Source: Eledone cirrhosa
Lineage: Eukaryota
Assembly: GCA_964016885.1 (NCBI GenBank)
Contig: OZ024750.1
Coordinates: 3,472,001-3,536,000, forward strand
Reading direction: 5' to 3'
DNA length: 64,000 bases
The notes beneath the pieces are model-generated. The model was given only the letters and a program-made list of their open reading frames with translations. It had not been told where the DNA came from and did no database searches. Each line of letters starts with the position of its first letter. The stretch's first letter is position 1. Below are positions 13,262 through 27,790 of this stretch, one piece after another. The translations under genes and the position numbers were made by a program.

Positions 13262-16200
13262 TCAAGAAAGAAGATTTATAAGTGAGTAATAAAGACTAAA
13301 TAAACATTTTAAAAACTATGTTCATAAATTTCAATGCCACTAAAAATATGTTGAAGATATCTAAGAGAGGTTAATTATTTGTTCTGCCATATGAAATTGT
13401 TGGTTTTGTGTGAGGCAGTCATAAGAGACAGAAACACATGGAAATTCAAATGTCATTCTTTTATTGAAAGAAGTTATTAAAACCAAAAAGGAAAAATAAT
13501 ATTTCTAAGTTTAATTTTGTTATAAATTATTAGCATTGCTTCAACATATCTCTAGCTTTCATTAAACAACTCACATAAACATTCTTGTTAGTAACGCCTC
13601 TCTCTCTCTCTCTCTCTGTAATAATGTTATATTTTCTCTTTCTATCTGTCTTTCTCTAACAATGTTATCTTTCCTCTTCCCCCCTCTATTTAATAATGCT
13701 ATCGTTTTTCTTCTCTCCACATACACACACATCTATGTGTATCTCTCCTCTCGTATACACACATACACACACATATATACACACATACACACACACACCT
13801 ATATACATACACACACACATATATACATACACACACACACCTAGGTATATCTCTCAATATCTCTCTCCAGGCTCTCCAACTCTCACCACTTCATTTCTTT
13901 AACTTTTCTCACTCCCCACCTCCAGCTGCTTCTCACATTTCCTCATATTTTTCACTCTCTGAAAAAAAAAATTTCAAGCATGCAGACATGCACACAGACA
14001 GCCACACACACACACACAGCCACACACACACACACAGCCACACACACACACACAGCCACACACAGACAGCCACACACACACACACACACAGACAGCCACA
14101 CAATTTCATATACGATTACTATTCAATAATGATATGGTTTTGTTCATCTGTTGTAGCTATGAGAAGCAACCTTACAACATTCCACAGCTGTACAGGTCCT
14201 TCCAATGTCACAACTAGAGACCCTTCTTCAGAAGTCAGTGGTGTGCTTTTTGTTTGGGTTAGTTTATTTCTTTGACATTTCCACTGGAGAGCTATATTTG
14301 TTTCCAGATCCACAATAACATTTCTGATTTAGGCAGAAGGCCAACAATTTTTGGAGGGGGTGGGGGACATTCGATAAAATTGATCCCAGTGTGTTACTGG
14401 TACTTTATTTTATTGACACAGATATGTCGCTTTACATCCTTACTATACCACAAAGCATTGTCAGATGCTCTACCAATACTGCAAATCCACCGCCCTTCTA
14501 GTTCCATAATAATGATTTCAGTTTTGGCACAAGGCCAGCAATTTAAGGAGAAAGCGAAGTCTATGATATCGACCTGAGTAGTTTACTGGTATTTTATTTT
14601 ATGAGATATTTACAAGATGTAGAGGCATTGTAAATGGGAAGAATTTACCCTCTGAGTGAGTCTTCAGTTAAGTATTCTGAAACTCAGAACTATATAGCAA
14701 TGTACTAAGGATGTATGCCTCATAAATTCTGATAGTCTTTGTATTGAGTATTTTGTTGTTCTATACCCTGTAAAGCAATCCAGGAATATTATGTTACAAG
14801 AAGTGGTTCACCACAAGTTATTTCTCATCTCATTTAGCTCTAAAAATAGTTACCAAAATCCGGTTTTGAAAAAATAAAAGAAAACATTGGTATAAATATG
14901 GAACAACTACTTTAAGAAATAGATTAAAAAAAAATTTTAATAAATAAATAAAAAATAAAAAAATAAAAAAAATCAACAAATACAAAATCTTCTAAATAAA
15001 GAATTCCTGTTGTCCAATCCCCAAAATGTTCACAAGTTATCCATTTCTAAACAAATTTTCTTGGCATCAACATTGGTATTGTATACAATTCTTTTATCAT
15101 AGATAGCTGTTTCCAATGACCTTTCATTTTCAGAGCAAATTTGTAGGTATATGATTTATCAATATTTAACTTTCAGGCTAAAATTTTATTGTGTTATATT
15201 TCTCCATTCAAAACCGAGTTCAAAGAAAGGTTAAAAAATCAAAGATTTATATATATTTCTTTTGTTTCTTTTCTAAGGATGCATCGTTTCTTTTTATTAC
15301 ATCATCATCACCACTACCACCAATATCAACCATACTGTTATTTTTTACCATTTTTATATCTGTATGATTTTAAGACAATCTATAGCTCTTATACAAATAT
15401 GTCCTGCACCATGCTGAATTATTTTTTCTTGGTGCCAGATATATTTCAACAGTTGAAATTATATCAACTATATTTTTTTTTTTAATTTAATTTCAAAGAA
15501 ACATTGAGACTTAGTTGTTATGAGTAATAACATCCCCCCCAAATATCACATGTTTACTTCTGAAGAGTTGATAGATAAAAGTTTTAGTCATAAAATATGG
15601 TTGAATATTTGACAATGTTGTGAGATAAAATATCTTCCTCTGTGCTTTCTTTTGCTCACCTCCTCCCGTTTCTAAATAATGTACAGTGTGTTGGTAAAGA
15701 CATCACTACACAATATAAAAAAAGTTCTTCCTCCCAGACATTTTTTCAATTCACTGCAGGATGAAATCTCAGCAATGAGGCTGGTTTTAAACCGAACTAT
15801 CTCCACTGATCAAGAGTGGATTGGACAGACAACATGTGGAGCTTGAACTCAGAATGTAAAGCACCAGAACTGATACTGCAAAACATCTCATCTGATGCTC
15901 TAATAATTGTGCCATTCTACTGCTCCTTGACAGGTTCTTTATCAATCATGAAGGAATTTGAACTTAGAATGCAAACAGCTGAAACAAATACCACAAAGGG
16001 GTTTCATTTGACACTAACAATTCTACAAATCCACTTCCTTAGGCTGCTACTTTATTTTATTGACCACAAAAGGATGAAAAGAAAAGTCTACCTTGGTGGA
16101 ATTTGAACTCAGAGAACAGGGAACCTGAACAAATACTGCTAAGCATGCAATCTGACAAATACTCAAAAAACAGACTTTGCCAATTTGCTGGCTTAGTATA

Positions 16201-16309
16201 AGGGTATAAAATGCATCAAACGAGGAAGAAACTAGTCTTATCCAAGCCAATATATAAAAACAAATCTCTAATTCAATTTATGTGACACCCTGTCCCTCCC
16301 CTTATTTCT

Positions 16310-16458
16310 TGAATGACAGAGCAGCCACATGTCAGCTAGTCAATATGAATGACAGAGCAGCCACATGTCAGCTAGTCAATATGAATGACAGAGCAGCCAC
16401 ATGTCAGCTAGTCAATATGAATGACAGAGCAGCCACATGTCAGCTAGTCAATATGAAT
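16310..16458. repeat. 36-bp perfect tandem repeat x4
   Basis: TGAATGACAGAGCAGCCACATGTCAGCTAGTCAATA. Confidence 0.95.
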
Positions 16459-17608
16459 TATCCAGAATATTTTGGTGTAAAATATAATAAATACACATCA
16501 AAGATATTTGAAGTAAAAAATAATAATAAATAACTGCTTAACAAAACAAGGAAAGAAAATTGAAGAAATTCTTACTTTATTGGTTATTTCTACCATAAAA
16601 CAATTTTTGCAAAAGTCTTTGCAAGATCTTGAAGAAGTATCAACAATTCCTAAATAATAGTAAAAAGAAATTATCCAAGAGATGCTTATTGGTACTTCTT
16701 CCTTTGGATGGACCAACTTTGGTGAAATGATAGGGTTGTTAGGACATAGGATAAAATGGTTTTGTGGTATTTTTCTCTGAATTAATATCCCCCCAATCTG
16801 GCCAACATGGGTGGTAGACTTCTGAAATGAATAAAACTATCGTAGCTGTCAAGTTAAGCCTGAGAGGAGGGACCAGCAATAAGACTATCTAAGTCAGAAG
16901 TAATTTACTGTAGACAAAAGGTATGCTAATTAGCATAACCATAGATGAGGTTGCAGTCATGTGACTGTGTGTTTTGTCAGGCATACAGGTGTTCTAAGAA
17001 GTGTCTGGAATGTTCCATTATGTAGTGAGAATGGATGTGGTGGGGGTGGCACTCATGTGGGTATGTGATAAATATGACAATTGAATTAGAGGGATTACAT
17101 GTTCAAACCTGAGCAAAATAGGTGTCCAAGAAAATGTTTTGAATTCTGTTGCCTGGGTGTTGAACCAGCTCTAAGTACAGTAGATTTCTTACAGAGAAGG
17201 ATAGAAAGTGAGAGAATGGAAGATATAAAGGAAGAATCAACCCCATTACAAGACTGGTACTTTTTTGTAGCGACCTCAAATTGCTGAAATGCAAAGTTGA
17301 ACTCAGAGTGCAGGGAGCTGAAATGAATACAGTAAAACATTCTAACGACTTTGAAAAGTTAAATCCTTTTATAAATATTCTCAACATTATAGGATTATTT
17401 TATTACAGCTGCTGACAAGAAATTTCAATTAAAAATATGTTTATCATCGAATTTAATCTTAGCAAATTTTAAATTCATGCTCTGAACAACTCTAATAATT
17501 CTGCGTAAAAGACAGACAGAAAATCATCTTTTGTATTTGTTGAAATTCTACAAAATAATACCAAGTACTTTTAAAGATAACAGGGCAGATTGATTTTTAC
17601 GTGTTTAA

Positions 17609-17801
17609 CCCTTTAGCATTTAAACCGGCTGTATCCAGTCAGAATTCTATCGCTTCTTTTTGTTCAAACAGGTCGTAACTGGCCACTTATACTTATGTTA
17701 AAGTATTGTTCTCATCAGTATGAGTGGCCGGTTACAGCTGGTTAGAACAGAAAGAGATAAGAGGATTCTGACTGGATATGGCTGGTTTGAATGCTAAAGG
17801 G
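17609..17801. mobile_element. piggyBac-type MITE, palindromic variant
   Basis: TTAA TSD; both halves derive from the same end of the family. Confidence 0.8.
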
Positions 17802-17934
17802 TTAATACAAAAACTAGCAATACAGCAAATACAGTGGAATCTTAAAAGACTTAGTTACAGAGCTTCTGATACAGTTTTGTGATTGGTGGTGGGGTACATA
17901 TATATATATATATACTGTACATGTGTATTATTGT

Positions 17935-18080
17935 TATTTGCTCACACATTTTTATCACCAATACGAGACTAAGAAAGAAATTAAAGACATGATCATACTA
18001 ACATATTTAGAGTCAGTGTAGTAAAAACCAAAGCACAAACATATTGAAACAAATACTTGTAGTGGCTTAAGCGCCCCTAG
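17935..18080 (+). repeat. Dispersed repeat, second copy at 56896-57062
   Basis: Shared AGACTAAGAAAGAAATTAAA.ACATGATCATACTAACATATTTAGAGTCAGT; class unknown. Confidence 0.7.
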
Positions 18081-18696
18081 CGCCAGAAGGCTTGAGTTAG
18101 CCATAGGAGGTCCATGTACTGGTCAAATGTTTCCATAAATACTGTTCGTATTTTGTGCAAAAAAGGCAGCTGATCTATTGGTGGAAGTGGTTCTAATTGA
18201 AACATAGTAGCTACATTAAAAAATCTGTGGTAAAAAATTCTGGAAGCTATTAATTTCAACAGCAACAAAATACTTCATTTCTTCATAAAAGGGAAAGCAG
18301 ATTATTAGGAAGTATCTGTTCAGCATAACAATGAGCCATGTTTATTGCATAATAAAGATATGTAAAAGCTGGAGACAAATGAATCAAATATGATTTATTG
18401 TCTGTGTTACATTAACTTGAATGGAAGGCAGGGCACAGTGAGTTAGGTATTAAAAGCATTAGCTGATATGACAGCTGCAGCCTGATGACATCCATCATCC
18501 ACATACCAGTAATTGATGCAGGCTGATTGTCATTTGGCCAAGAGGGTTGGAGTATAACTCTGAAGGATATGCTTGAAGTTAATTTGTGCTAATATGGTAC
18601 AGTTTTGTGGGTAGGGCTGACTGTAAGATTATGGTTGGCATTTATTTGGATTCCTACTAGAATGGGTCTGGGTTTGTTTATCTTCTAGTTAAGGTG

Positions 18697-18780
<84 letters not shown>

Positions 18781-20661
18781 AGTTCTGAGTTCAAATCCAC
18801 CCAATGTTAGCTTTGCCTTTCATCTTTACGGGGCTGATAAAATAAAGTACCAGTAACACACTGAGGGTGATTTAATACCGCCGCCGCCGCCGCCACCGCC
18901 ACCACCACCACCACCACCAGTTGGCCTTGAGCTTAAATCAAAAATCATTATCAAGTTGAAAGTAAGTTATTCTACTAAACACCAATTAATACTTGATTAT
19001 TTTAGTAGAAATAGAATTTTTGACTAAAGAAATATTAGCCTGATAATGGGGTTTAAAACCCTCTAAAAATAGAAAAGGCTGAGTATTAACGTACATGGGA
19101 GTCAAACCCACATTACGGCGAAAGCTTCAATTTCTACTAAATTTAAAACTTCACTTGCTGTTTCAAAACAAACTTGGTTTGATTACTTTCATAATTAAAC
19201 AGAAAGGTAATATATTCTTATTAGAAATATCTCACAAGAGAGTTAAACAATGGTTGTTGTTGTGACAGCAACAATAACAGATGTGAGGAGGTGGAGGAAA
19301 CTCATTAGCCATAAGTTTGTTTTAAAATGTAGTTTTTAGTAGAAATTAGCTTTTACATCTAGCTTCAGGTTTTATGAAATTAGAAAACATCTGGTTGTTC
19401 ACAATATTCTCACAATACCAGCTGCATTACAAACACTGTGAAAGATATCTAACAACATTCAAAATCTTACAAAAATTGTCTGTGTCAGATAACTTAGCAA
19501 AATGGTTCTAGAGAGATATATTTTATTTACTCTCTTAATATGTAAGTTCATTATTAAGCTGTCATTAATAAAATGAGCTGTGCAGCCATCCAAGAGATAA
19601 TTAATGCATCTTGCATCACAGAGAATTAAATAAAACCAAAAGAACAAGAAAGCTAAAAAAATTTTTTTTTTTAAATCTGATGGTAAAATATACTGACAAT
19701 GTTACCAAAGTAGAAATAAGATAAAGAATACATGAAGTTTTCTTAAGAACATTTTAAGAAACAGAATAAAACAATATACCGTGTATGTTCTAGAATTACT
19801 TAAAAGCTTTGGAAACATGACAAGTATTAAGCAAGGAAATCTTTTTTCTGCCATTACAAGTGAAATACTAATAGTTGTAGGTGTATGGAAGGTGCAAATT
19901 TATTCTGATATTTAGAGGAAATATACTATTTAAAACTTCTTAAAATAAAGATACTAGACTACAAAAATATAACTAAATCATTCACCTCGTGGAAACATGG
20001 ATATATAATTTCTAAATCATTCACCTGATGGAAACATGGATATATAATTTCTAAAAGCAAACAAACTTTCGTGACTATAAAGGATTTCAGAATTTCAGAA
20101 CATGTAAATATAAAGCTATGCAAGCATGGAAAAAACAATGATGGTGATGATGGTGATGATGATGGTGATGATAGTGATGATGGTGATGATGGTGATGGTG
20201 ATGGTAGAGGTGGTATTTAGGATCCAAATGCAAAATAAAATTACTATAAATGGAAATAGTTCTGTGTGGATCTTCTGCGTGTAAAAAATATTTCTTTTTA
20301 AGTAGTAAAACAAAACAGTAATATTGATTGGGATCTACAAAAGTATTATTTTAAAGTATGTAAAATGCCAAAAGATAAAAGTAAAAATAGTCATTACTTA
20401 TATTTAAAACTAGCAGTGGTACCTGGCATTGTCTGGGTTCTAAATATATTTTATATTTATATGTTCTGTAAACTTAAATGACTTAGCTTATACACATCGA
20501 TTAACAAACATACACTTACAGTCTTGGTAACATGCGCATACACACTCACACACATATTTAGATATACAGTATGTACCTCAGAATAAGAGACAGGATCACA
20601 TACACACATATATATGAACCTCTCTCTCTCTATATATATATATATGTTTATATATATATAT

Positions 20662-20830
20662 AACGAAGGAAGTGTGGTAAGGAACCAGGTGGACCAACCA
20701 TAACGCACTAGAGTACTCAATACTTTGGGTAGTAGAGTGGGTAATAGGAAAATGTTCAAGACCCCGACGGCAGAGCTCAAGCTCGAAATGGCTTAAAACT
20801 CTGCCATCGGGGTCTTGAACATTTTCCTAT
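20662..20830 (-). mobile_element. Fold-back element, second copy (variant arms)
   Basis: Tail 20662-20743, hairpin 20744-20830, (TA)n on both sides. Confidence 0.8.
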
Positions 20831-22388
20831 ATATATATATATTAATGATGGTGATTTACATAATATATGCACCCAGTACACTCTGTAATGTTTGGTTGGT
20901 GATAGCAAGGGCAACCAGCCATAGAAAACCTGCCAAACAAAAGGTTTGGGAGAACTCTTCAACCGTGTAAAGTACATGTCAACCTCCCTAGAGCTGGTGT
21001 GACAATAAAATGCACTCAGATGCGTGTGGCACTGTATTGTGGGTTACTGATCTGTCCAAACACTTAGTAGGGAACGGGAAGGTAAGCAAGATACAGGCTC
21101 TCAGCCCACATGTGGTGATGATGATTCAGTACAATATGACAGCTCTAACTAAGGATGAACTCTAAGTAAGATATGAATGCAAGACTCTATAAAATAAGTT
21201 TTAGTTTCTTTAGTATTCAGGGAGGGTCGAGAAATCAACAGTTTTTAAAAAGATACAAAAGTTCAAAACTCCTTTGTGTTATATTGGATTCTGTTGTTTC
21301 TGGAAAAGATTATCAGAGACAATTAATTCCATTATTAGCAGGATGTAAAAGACTTTCAACCTGCTATTATTCATGAGAAATAAGAATGCTGATTATTTTT
21401 CTTTTTCTAAAAGATAATAAGTATCGTGCTTCATGAATTATGAATCACTTCCTTAATCTCAGAAGGAAATATTTGGTTCACAATATGTGTTATTAATAGG
21501 ACTAAGATTTTTTTTCAGAAATGCTATTTACATGGTCTGTGATAAAAAGAATAACAAGCAGTGAAGTGTGGTATCCTTAGCTATCTTGTGGGTTTACGGA
21601 AATGAAATTCCTCTTTTCTTTGTACTAAGTTTCATTCACTAGTGACTCTCATTATGAATGACTTTTGTATGAAGTATATAATTTTCCTATTGAAATGTCA
21701 AATGTAAAAGAACTCCAACTATTTGACCTTTTTTGGTTTTTATACAACAATCTCCAAGAACACAAATTGATCTGCATAATGACAAAAACCTTTTTAACTA
21801 TTCAAACACTTTAGGGATTTCAATGGAACTTATGATCTCAGTGACTATCATATTACCAAGTTTGTACAGCCAACATTTGTTCTATGAGGGGATCACCTCC
21901 CTACTCACCACCATCAGCACAGAGATGGCTACCCACAAGTATGAACCTCGTGAGCAGGGTTATTCCACTACATCTTCCTCGCCATCCTCCAGTAATTTGG
22001 AAGGGATTTACTAAAATTATAATTTTATTAAGATCGTATTTGTAACATAACAAAATGTTGTTATATAAAAGACCGATAAGTTCCAAATTATTGGTTATCT
22101 TCAGCAGTATTATTCATTAGAAATATGGTAAAGAAAGGGTTAAATGCAATGGAAGCTAAGTGCCAATTGCTGGAAAAGATTTTGTGGTAAATGTTTAAGA
22201 AGAAAACTATCTGGTATTGAGACTGAGGTTTATAGTAATAAATTTAGTTTGAATAACTAAGGAAGTAAGTTAAAAAATAATAACAACAAAACAAAAAGAC
22301 CCCCTCTACATATATATATAACCTTCTAACCCATGCTAGCGTGGAAGATGGACATTAAATGATGATGATGATGATGATATATATATAT

Positions 22389-22500
22389 TTAGAAGAGACA
22401 AGGTGTGTGGTTACTAATAAAGAGTGTTTAGAAATGTATGGGAAACACAAAGGACAGATCCCCTCTTCAGTTGTCTGCTGTGGGTCACGGACGTTTCGAC
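22389..22500 (-). mobile_element. Short element beginning with a hammerhead 3' half (CGAAACGTC) followed by a ~100 nt tail into (TA)n
   Basis: Minus strand GTCGAAACGTCCGTGACC...TTGTCTCTTCTAAATATATAT; the 5' half of the core is absent. Confidence 0.35.
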
Positions 22501-22513
22501 ACACACATATATA

Positions 22514-22715
22514 TAGGGTGAGCATGAAGTCTTTCCCATAATGCCATATCACAGATACTATTTGAGATTTTACTTTTTCATTGTTTTAATTTAAAAATTT
22601 CAAGTTTAAAGTTTTTCTGGACATGTTTTACATTTTCTCTTCTACAAGAAGTAGTCGTAATTTTGAGTAACAAAATGGCAGCTAGGAAACAAAAAAGGGA
22701 AAAGACTATGTGCTC

Positions 22716-22721
<6 letters not shown>
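22514..22721. mobile_element. Tc1/mariner-type MITE
   Basis: TIRs TAGGGTGAGCA..AGTCTTT.CCC and GGGAAAAGACT..TGCTCACCCTA within TA repeats. Confidence 0.75.
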
Positions 22722-22765
<44 letters not shown>

Positions 22766-24449
22766 CATATGCACACATATATACATACATACAACACTTC
22801 AACCTATATTCTTTGCTAAATAACCACAGGAAGTAGATATCTTTTTACAAGAATTAATTATGCTGCCACAAGATAAAAAGACTTCCTACACAAAACATAG
22901 TAATAATAACATAAACAATAATTGTGTTTGTTTGTTTTTTAAAGACAATACAAAGTTGATGATAAAAGCAGATATGAACAGCAGCTATAAAAACAGGAGA
23001 TGTTTTCATAAGATGTCCCTTAAATGTACTACATGATATGTTCAAAATAATGTTTACATTTGAATTTGGTGCATATACATCATAGCTTTCATCCATATTG
23101 ATTTATAGTTTAGGCAAAAGACCAGCAATTATTTTTTGGAAGGTGTGGGTCAAGGTCAAAGTTGATAACATCAACTGCAGTATTTTACTGGTACTTTATT
23201 TTATTGACCTCAGAAGGATGAAGGGCAAAGTTGACCATGTCAGGATTTGAACTTAGAATCTAAAGATTTTTCTCTCACATTGATTGTATATTATAATAAT
23301 AATGAAAATTATTGTGTACAGTGCTCAGGTGCACTACAACTCATCAAAGGTGCATGTATAGTACATAGAATAATGTAAATGCTAAAGGGTTAAAAACATT
23401 GTGCATACACACATAGGTGGCGCTGTCAACTTCTTTCCATCCATGAGCTTTTACACCTAATTTGTTTGACTATTTTTTATCGTAAAAATAATACATAGAA
23501 TCTTCTAAATTTTCATTAAATAAACTAAGTTGTTTTTAGTCACAAGTCGGCCATGATTGAGCAGACCTATAAACAAAGACACTCCAACCATGACTATCGT
23601 ATCAATATTTTTCAGATGTAATATAACAAGGACAACATTATCTAATATATCTCGTAGGGTGTGAGAAATGTTTCTGTTATTACAATCAAGTTAGGCAAAC
23701 AAATAGATGCCCCCTTTTGTGGACTTGTTTCTGAACTACATCGAAAAATAACTAAGAACACTTAAGAGTGATTTACCAAGAATTTAATTTGCTACTATGT
23801 GCATCAATATGACAAAAGTGACAGTCTTCTTAACTCTCTTCTTTCTTAATATATTGATTGACATCCAGTTCCACTCCAATTTTCTTAACATGCTAGCAGA
23901 AGATATTATTTCAGATTTTAGTTGTCAATCATCGAACCATAGGCTATATATCCAAGATAACTAGATATGATATCTTTAAGCTCATCATTCTCAATGTAGC
24001 TAAAAATATTTTGAAGCAACATAAAAAGATTCTGGCAGCAGATACGTGCACAACTCAATGCTTTCATTAATAGTTTTCCAATCCGTGCTGTTGGTGATAT
24101 TGCGATGATTATCAACATTTTATACCTGTTTTCTTTGGCTTTTTATTTCTATTTTCTTGATCTTCTGAACTCATCGTATTGAGTTTGATAAGAAATATAT
24201 TTTTTAGAGCCTTAGAAATATATGATATTACTACATCTGGTCTTTTATTTTCCAGAATGTCTCTGGAACTTTATTCATGGTGTAGTAGTATCCATTCTAT
24301 TGTAACATCTACAACAATCTCTTTGTTTACAACAGATCAACAACAACAACAACGATAATGGTTTCTGATTTAGGTGCAAGGCCAGCAATTTGGTGGAGGA
24401 GAAAGTCGATTAAATCGACCCTAGTTTGTGACTGGTACTTTATTTTAGA

Positions 24450-24654
24450 CTCCTTTACAGTATGAGGTGGGCACTTTTTGTCGTGTTACCAGCCTGACCA
24501 CTTTACAGAGTGGACTGGGTGCTTTTTGTTGAGTCACCAACCTGACCACTTTACAGAGTGGACTGGGTGCTTTTTGTTGAGTCACCAACATGACCACTTT
24601 ACAGAGTGGACTGGGTGCTTTTTGTTGTGTCACCAACCTGACCACTTTACAGTG
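24450..24654. repeat. 48-bp tandem repeat of the RTE 3' UTR module
   Basis: Units start at 24493, 24541, 24589 and 24637; degenerate array at 27045-27350. Confidence 0.9.
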
Positions 24655-27583
24655 GTGTGGTGTGGTTGGGGTGATAACAATTGTGGTAGTAGTTGTGGTG
24701 GTGGTGGTAGTGGTGGCTGACGTGTTGGTGGTTGTGGTGGTAGTAATTGTGCTGGTAGTGGTGGTTGGGGTGGTGGGATGTTATAATAAAAATTGCAGTG
24801 CTGTCTCTTTATATATATATATATATATATATTGTTTTTCTATGATTAATTAAGGCCATTAAGAAAAGTTGTTTTGTATCATGATTTCATGTTTTTCTCT
24901 ATTTTATTCCCCCCAATACCTCACTATGGGTTAAATAAGTACCATGAACACAGTTTTTTTAGTTTTTCTATTTTCTGCATATTGGTTAAAATTAAACATT
25001 TCATTAAATTTTATCCAAATAAGAGATTAATTTATTTTAACAATAGTAAACCCTATGCATATCTGCAAGCTGTAAATCCAATTAACATTCAATTTAACAC
25101 ATATTTTCCATCTCTCTCCATCTCTCTCTCTCTCTTCATAATTTTTTCTTTCCTGATTTCATCAGAAATCAGATTAAATTGAACTGTGATCATTATCATT
25201 ATTATTAATAATATTATTATTATTATGATTTTATTATGATTTTATTATTATTATTTTTACATTTTTATCAGAACTCCTTTCTATTCATGTTTTACAGAAA
25301 ACTAAACTATCACGAATGTTTAACTTTAAAATGTTCAAGTCTTTTCTTATTTAATTATATTCTGTATTTATTGTTTGCTGCTGTAGTAAACCTGGAGTAG
25401 ATCTAGTGACATATGGAAGATAAATAGTTATATCAAAACATATTAAAATGTGCCCAGTCCACACTGCAAAGTGGTTGGGGCCATAACAAAAAGTGCCCAG
25501 TCCACACAGTAAAGTGGTTGTCTTGGTGGCAAGAAAAAGAAAAAGAAAAAGAAGAAGAAGAAGAAGAAAAAATGTTAAAATTGAAAGGTCTTTCTCTCTT
25601 TAATGACTTAATGGTTTAATCTCAGTTTTATTCAGTTGTGAGTTCTCAGCTATGTGCAATGTCAAGCTGCAATTGCAGAATGTTATGCCAATGATACATT
25701 CTGATAGATAAAGTGCACAATATTTGCAATAATGTACTATACTTAACAGAATTTGCTTCAGTTGTGAATATCTGCTGCAAAGTTATGGTTTTTATGTAAT
25801 TATCATTTGGAAATACATATAACATAAACAGTTTCTCCTATCTTGACTAAGCAATGAATGCCAAAAATGTGCAGCTCAGTTACAAATTAAGCTAACAGTC
25901 AGCTAAAATTATCTTTCAGCTTTTAGTTAAAAGATCATATTTGAATTTGTACTTTTTTTTCTTTCTTTTTTGTTTTTTGATGAATCATTTTCATCCAAAA
26001 ACTAACTATTTATGATGTTATAGATGAAAAACATCTTCACCAGATGTTATGAAATATAGAAGTTAGAAAATTTCCCCACCGAAAGGTAGTTTTATGGAAT
26101 AGTTTTACAAAAACATACCCACTCAGTGAATAAGTTTGAAAATAAAATTGAGATAAAAAGAAGAGAAAATCATCTCCAATCAATTTATATCCATTTCCAA
26201 GTTGGTTTATTTTGGATAGAAATGTCTGGGTTTTCTCTTTCATAAATATTTCGTGTAAACATTATCTCCTTTAGATCAGATCTAATTACTTTATTATGGC
26301 TCCTTAGCTTAATAGTTAAAACATCTAGCTGGTAACTGGAAGATATGTGGTTCAATTCCTCATACAGGACGATGGCAACCTCTTTTTCTGTCTTTTAAGG
26401 GTCTTTACCCTATTTTATTAGCTATCTTTAGAGCATTTCTGCACTTGAGTACATTCTTTATACTTTGGGAATTCCTAATCTATAAGGATAATCACGCAAA
26501 CACAAAGCCTAATTATATATCTATAATAATAAAGGTGTGGCTGTGAGCATTAGAAAAAGGTAAAAAATAAAATTAAGTTATCATTGAGATATTCAAACAT
26601 TTATGTTGATGGGATGAGTATAGAAGGAAGAATCCTAGTTTCAATTCCAAGCATGCGATGTATTCATCAAAATGTTGTTTTTTTTAATATATCTTCCAAA
26701 GAAAATAGCAATTCCTTCAATCTGACATAGTGCCATAATTGAATCATTCCAAAATGACACAAACAATTTTATATAAATCTGTGATTCCATGAGAAAACGT
26801 GAGAGAAGAGCATCTAGTAAGAACATCTGGTAAGACCATCAACAGTCGTGTTATCTGCCAGCTATGTGTCAGATGTCATAAATGTAGAGTAATAATTCTT
26901 TGTGCCAATGAAGAATTTTATTCCTCATTGTTTCACTACTAAAAACAAATGAGATCATTTTTTGATCACATCTTGCTCATATGATCCATTTTTGGTTTGG
27001 TTTTCTACCGTTGAATGTCCTTCTTAATTCCAGCCCATTTACAACATGTACTGGGAACTTTTGGCATGGCACCAGCTCTATAACCCTACAAGGGTGGACT
27101 GGGTGCTTTGTGTCACGGCACTAGCACTACCACTTCACAGGGTAGACTGGGTGCCAGCACAACTATTTTACAGGATGGACTGGGTGCTTTGCGTCATGGC
27201 ACCAGCACAACCATCTTACAGGGTGAACTGGGTGCTTTATGTCATGGAACCAGCACAACCATCTTACTGGGTGAACTGGGTGTTTTTTTTGTGGCACCAG
27301 CACTACCACTTCATAGGATTGACTAGGTGTTTATTGTTGTTTCATAAGCATTACCACCTTATATTTTCAAGCCATCATCATCATCAAACATCCATTTTCC
27401 ACGCTAGCATGGGTTAGACGTTTGTCCCACGGTTGACTGGTTCTTGTTCATATAGGACTGTTTCTGACCAGGTTTCTATGGCTGGATGCCCTTCCTAACG
27501 TCAACCATATTTACAGTATCAGCTTTTTCTCGAGACTCCTACGCAACCACTTTACAGTTTTATTATTCTCTATTTAATTCTAA

Positions 27584-27790
27584 GGCGGTAGATTGGCAGT
27601 ATCGGTAGAGAGTCGGACACCATGCTTTGCAGCATAGAGTTACGACCCTTTACAATCTGAGTTCAAATCCTGACAAGTTTAACTTTGCCTTTCATCCTTA
27701 CGGGGTCAATAAAATAAATAAAGTACCAGTAATGTACTGGGTCGATTTAATCGACTTTCCCCTCCCACCAAATTACTAGAAATCATTATT
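27584..27790 (+). mobile_element. tRNA-derived SINE, full length, long-tail form
   Basis: GGCGGTAGATTGGCAGTATCGG head, B-box, central domain, extra GTCGATTTAATCGAC hairpin. Confidence 0.9.

Noticed and set aside
21733-22014. Possible terminal exon (SQHLFYEGITSLL...)
   Set aside because: No recognisable homology and no linked exons.
22455-22500. Type II hammerhead using the downstream CTGAAGA
   Set aside because: Stems I and II do not pair in that topology.
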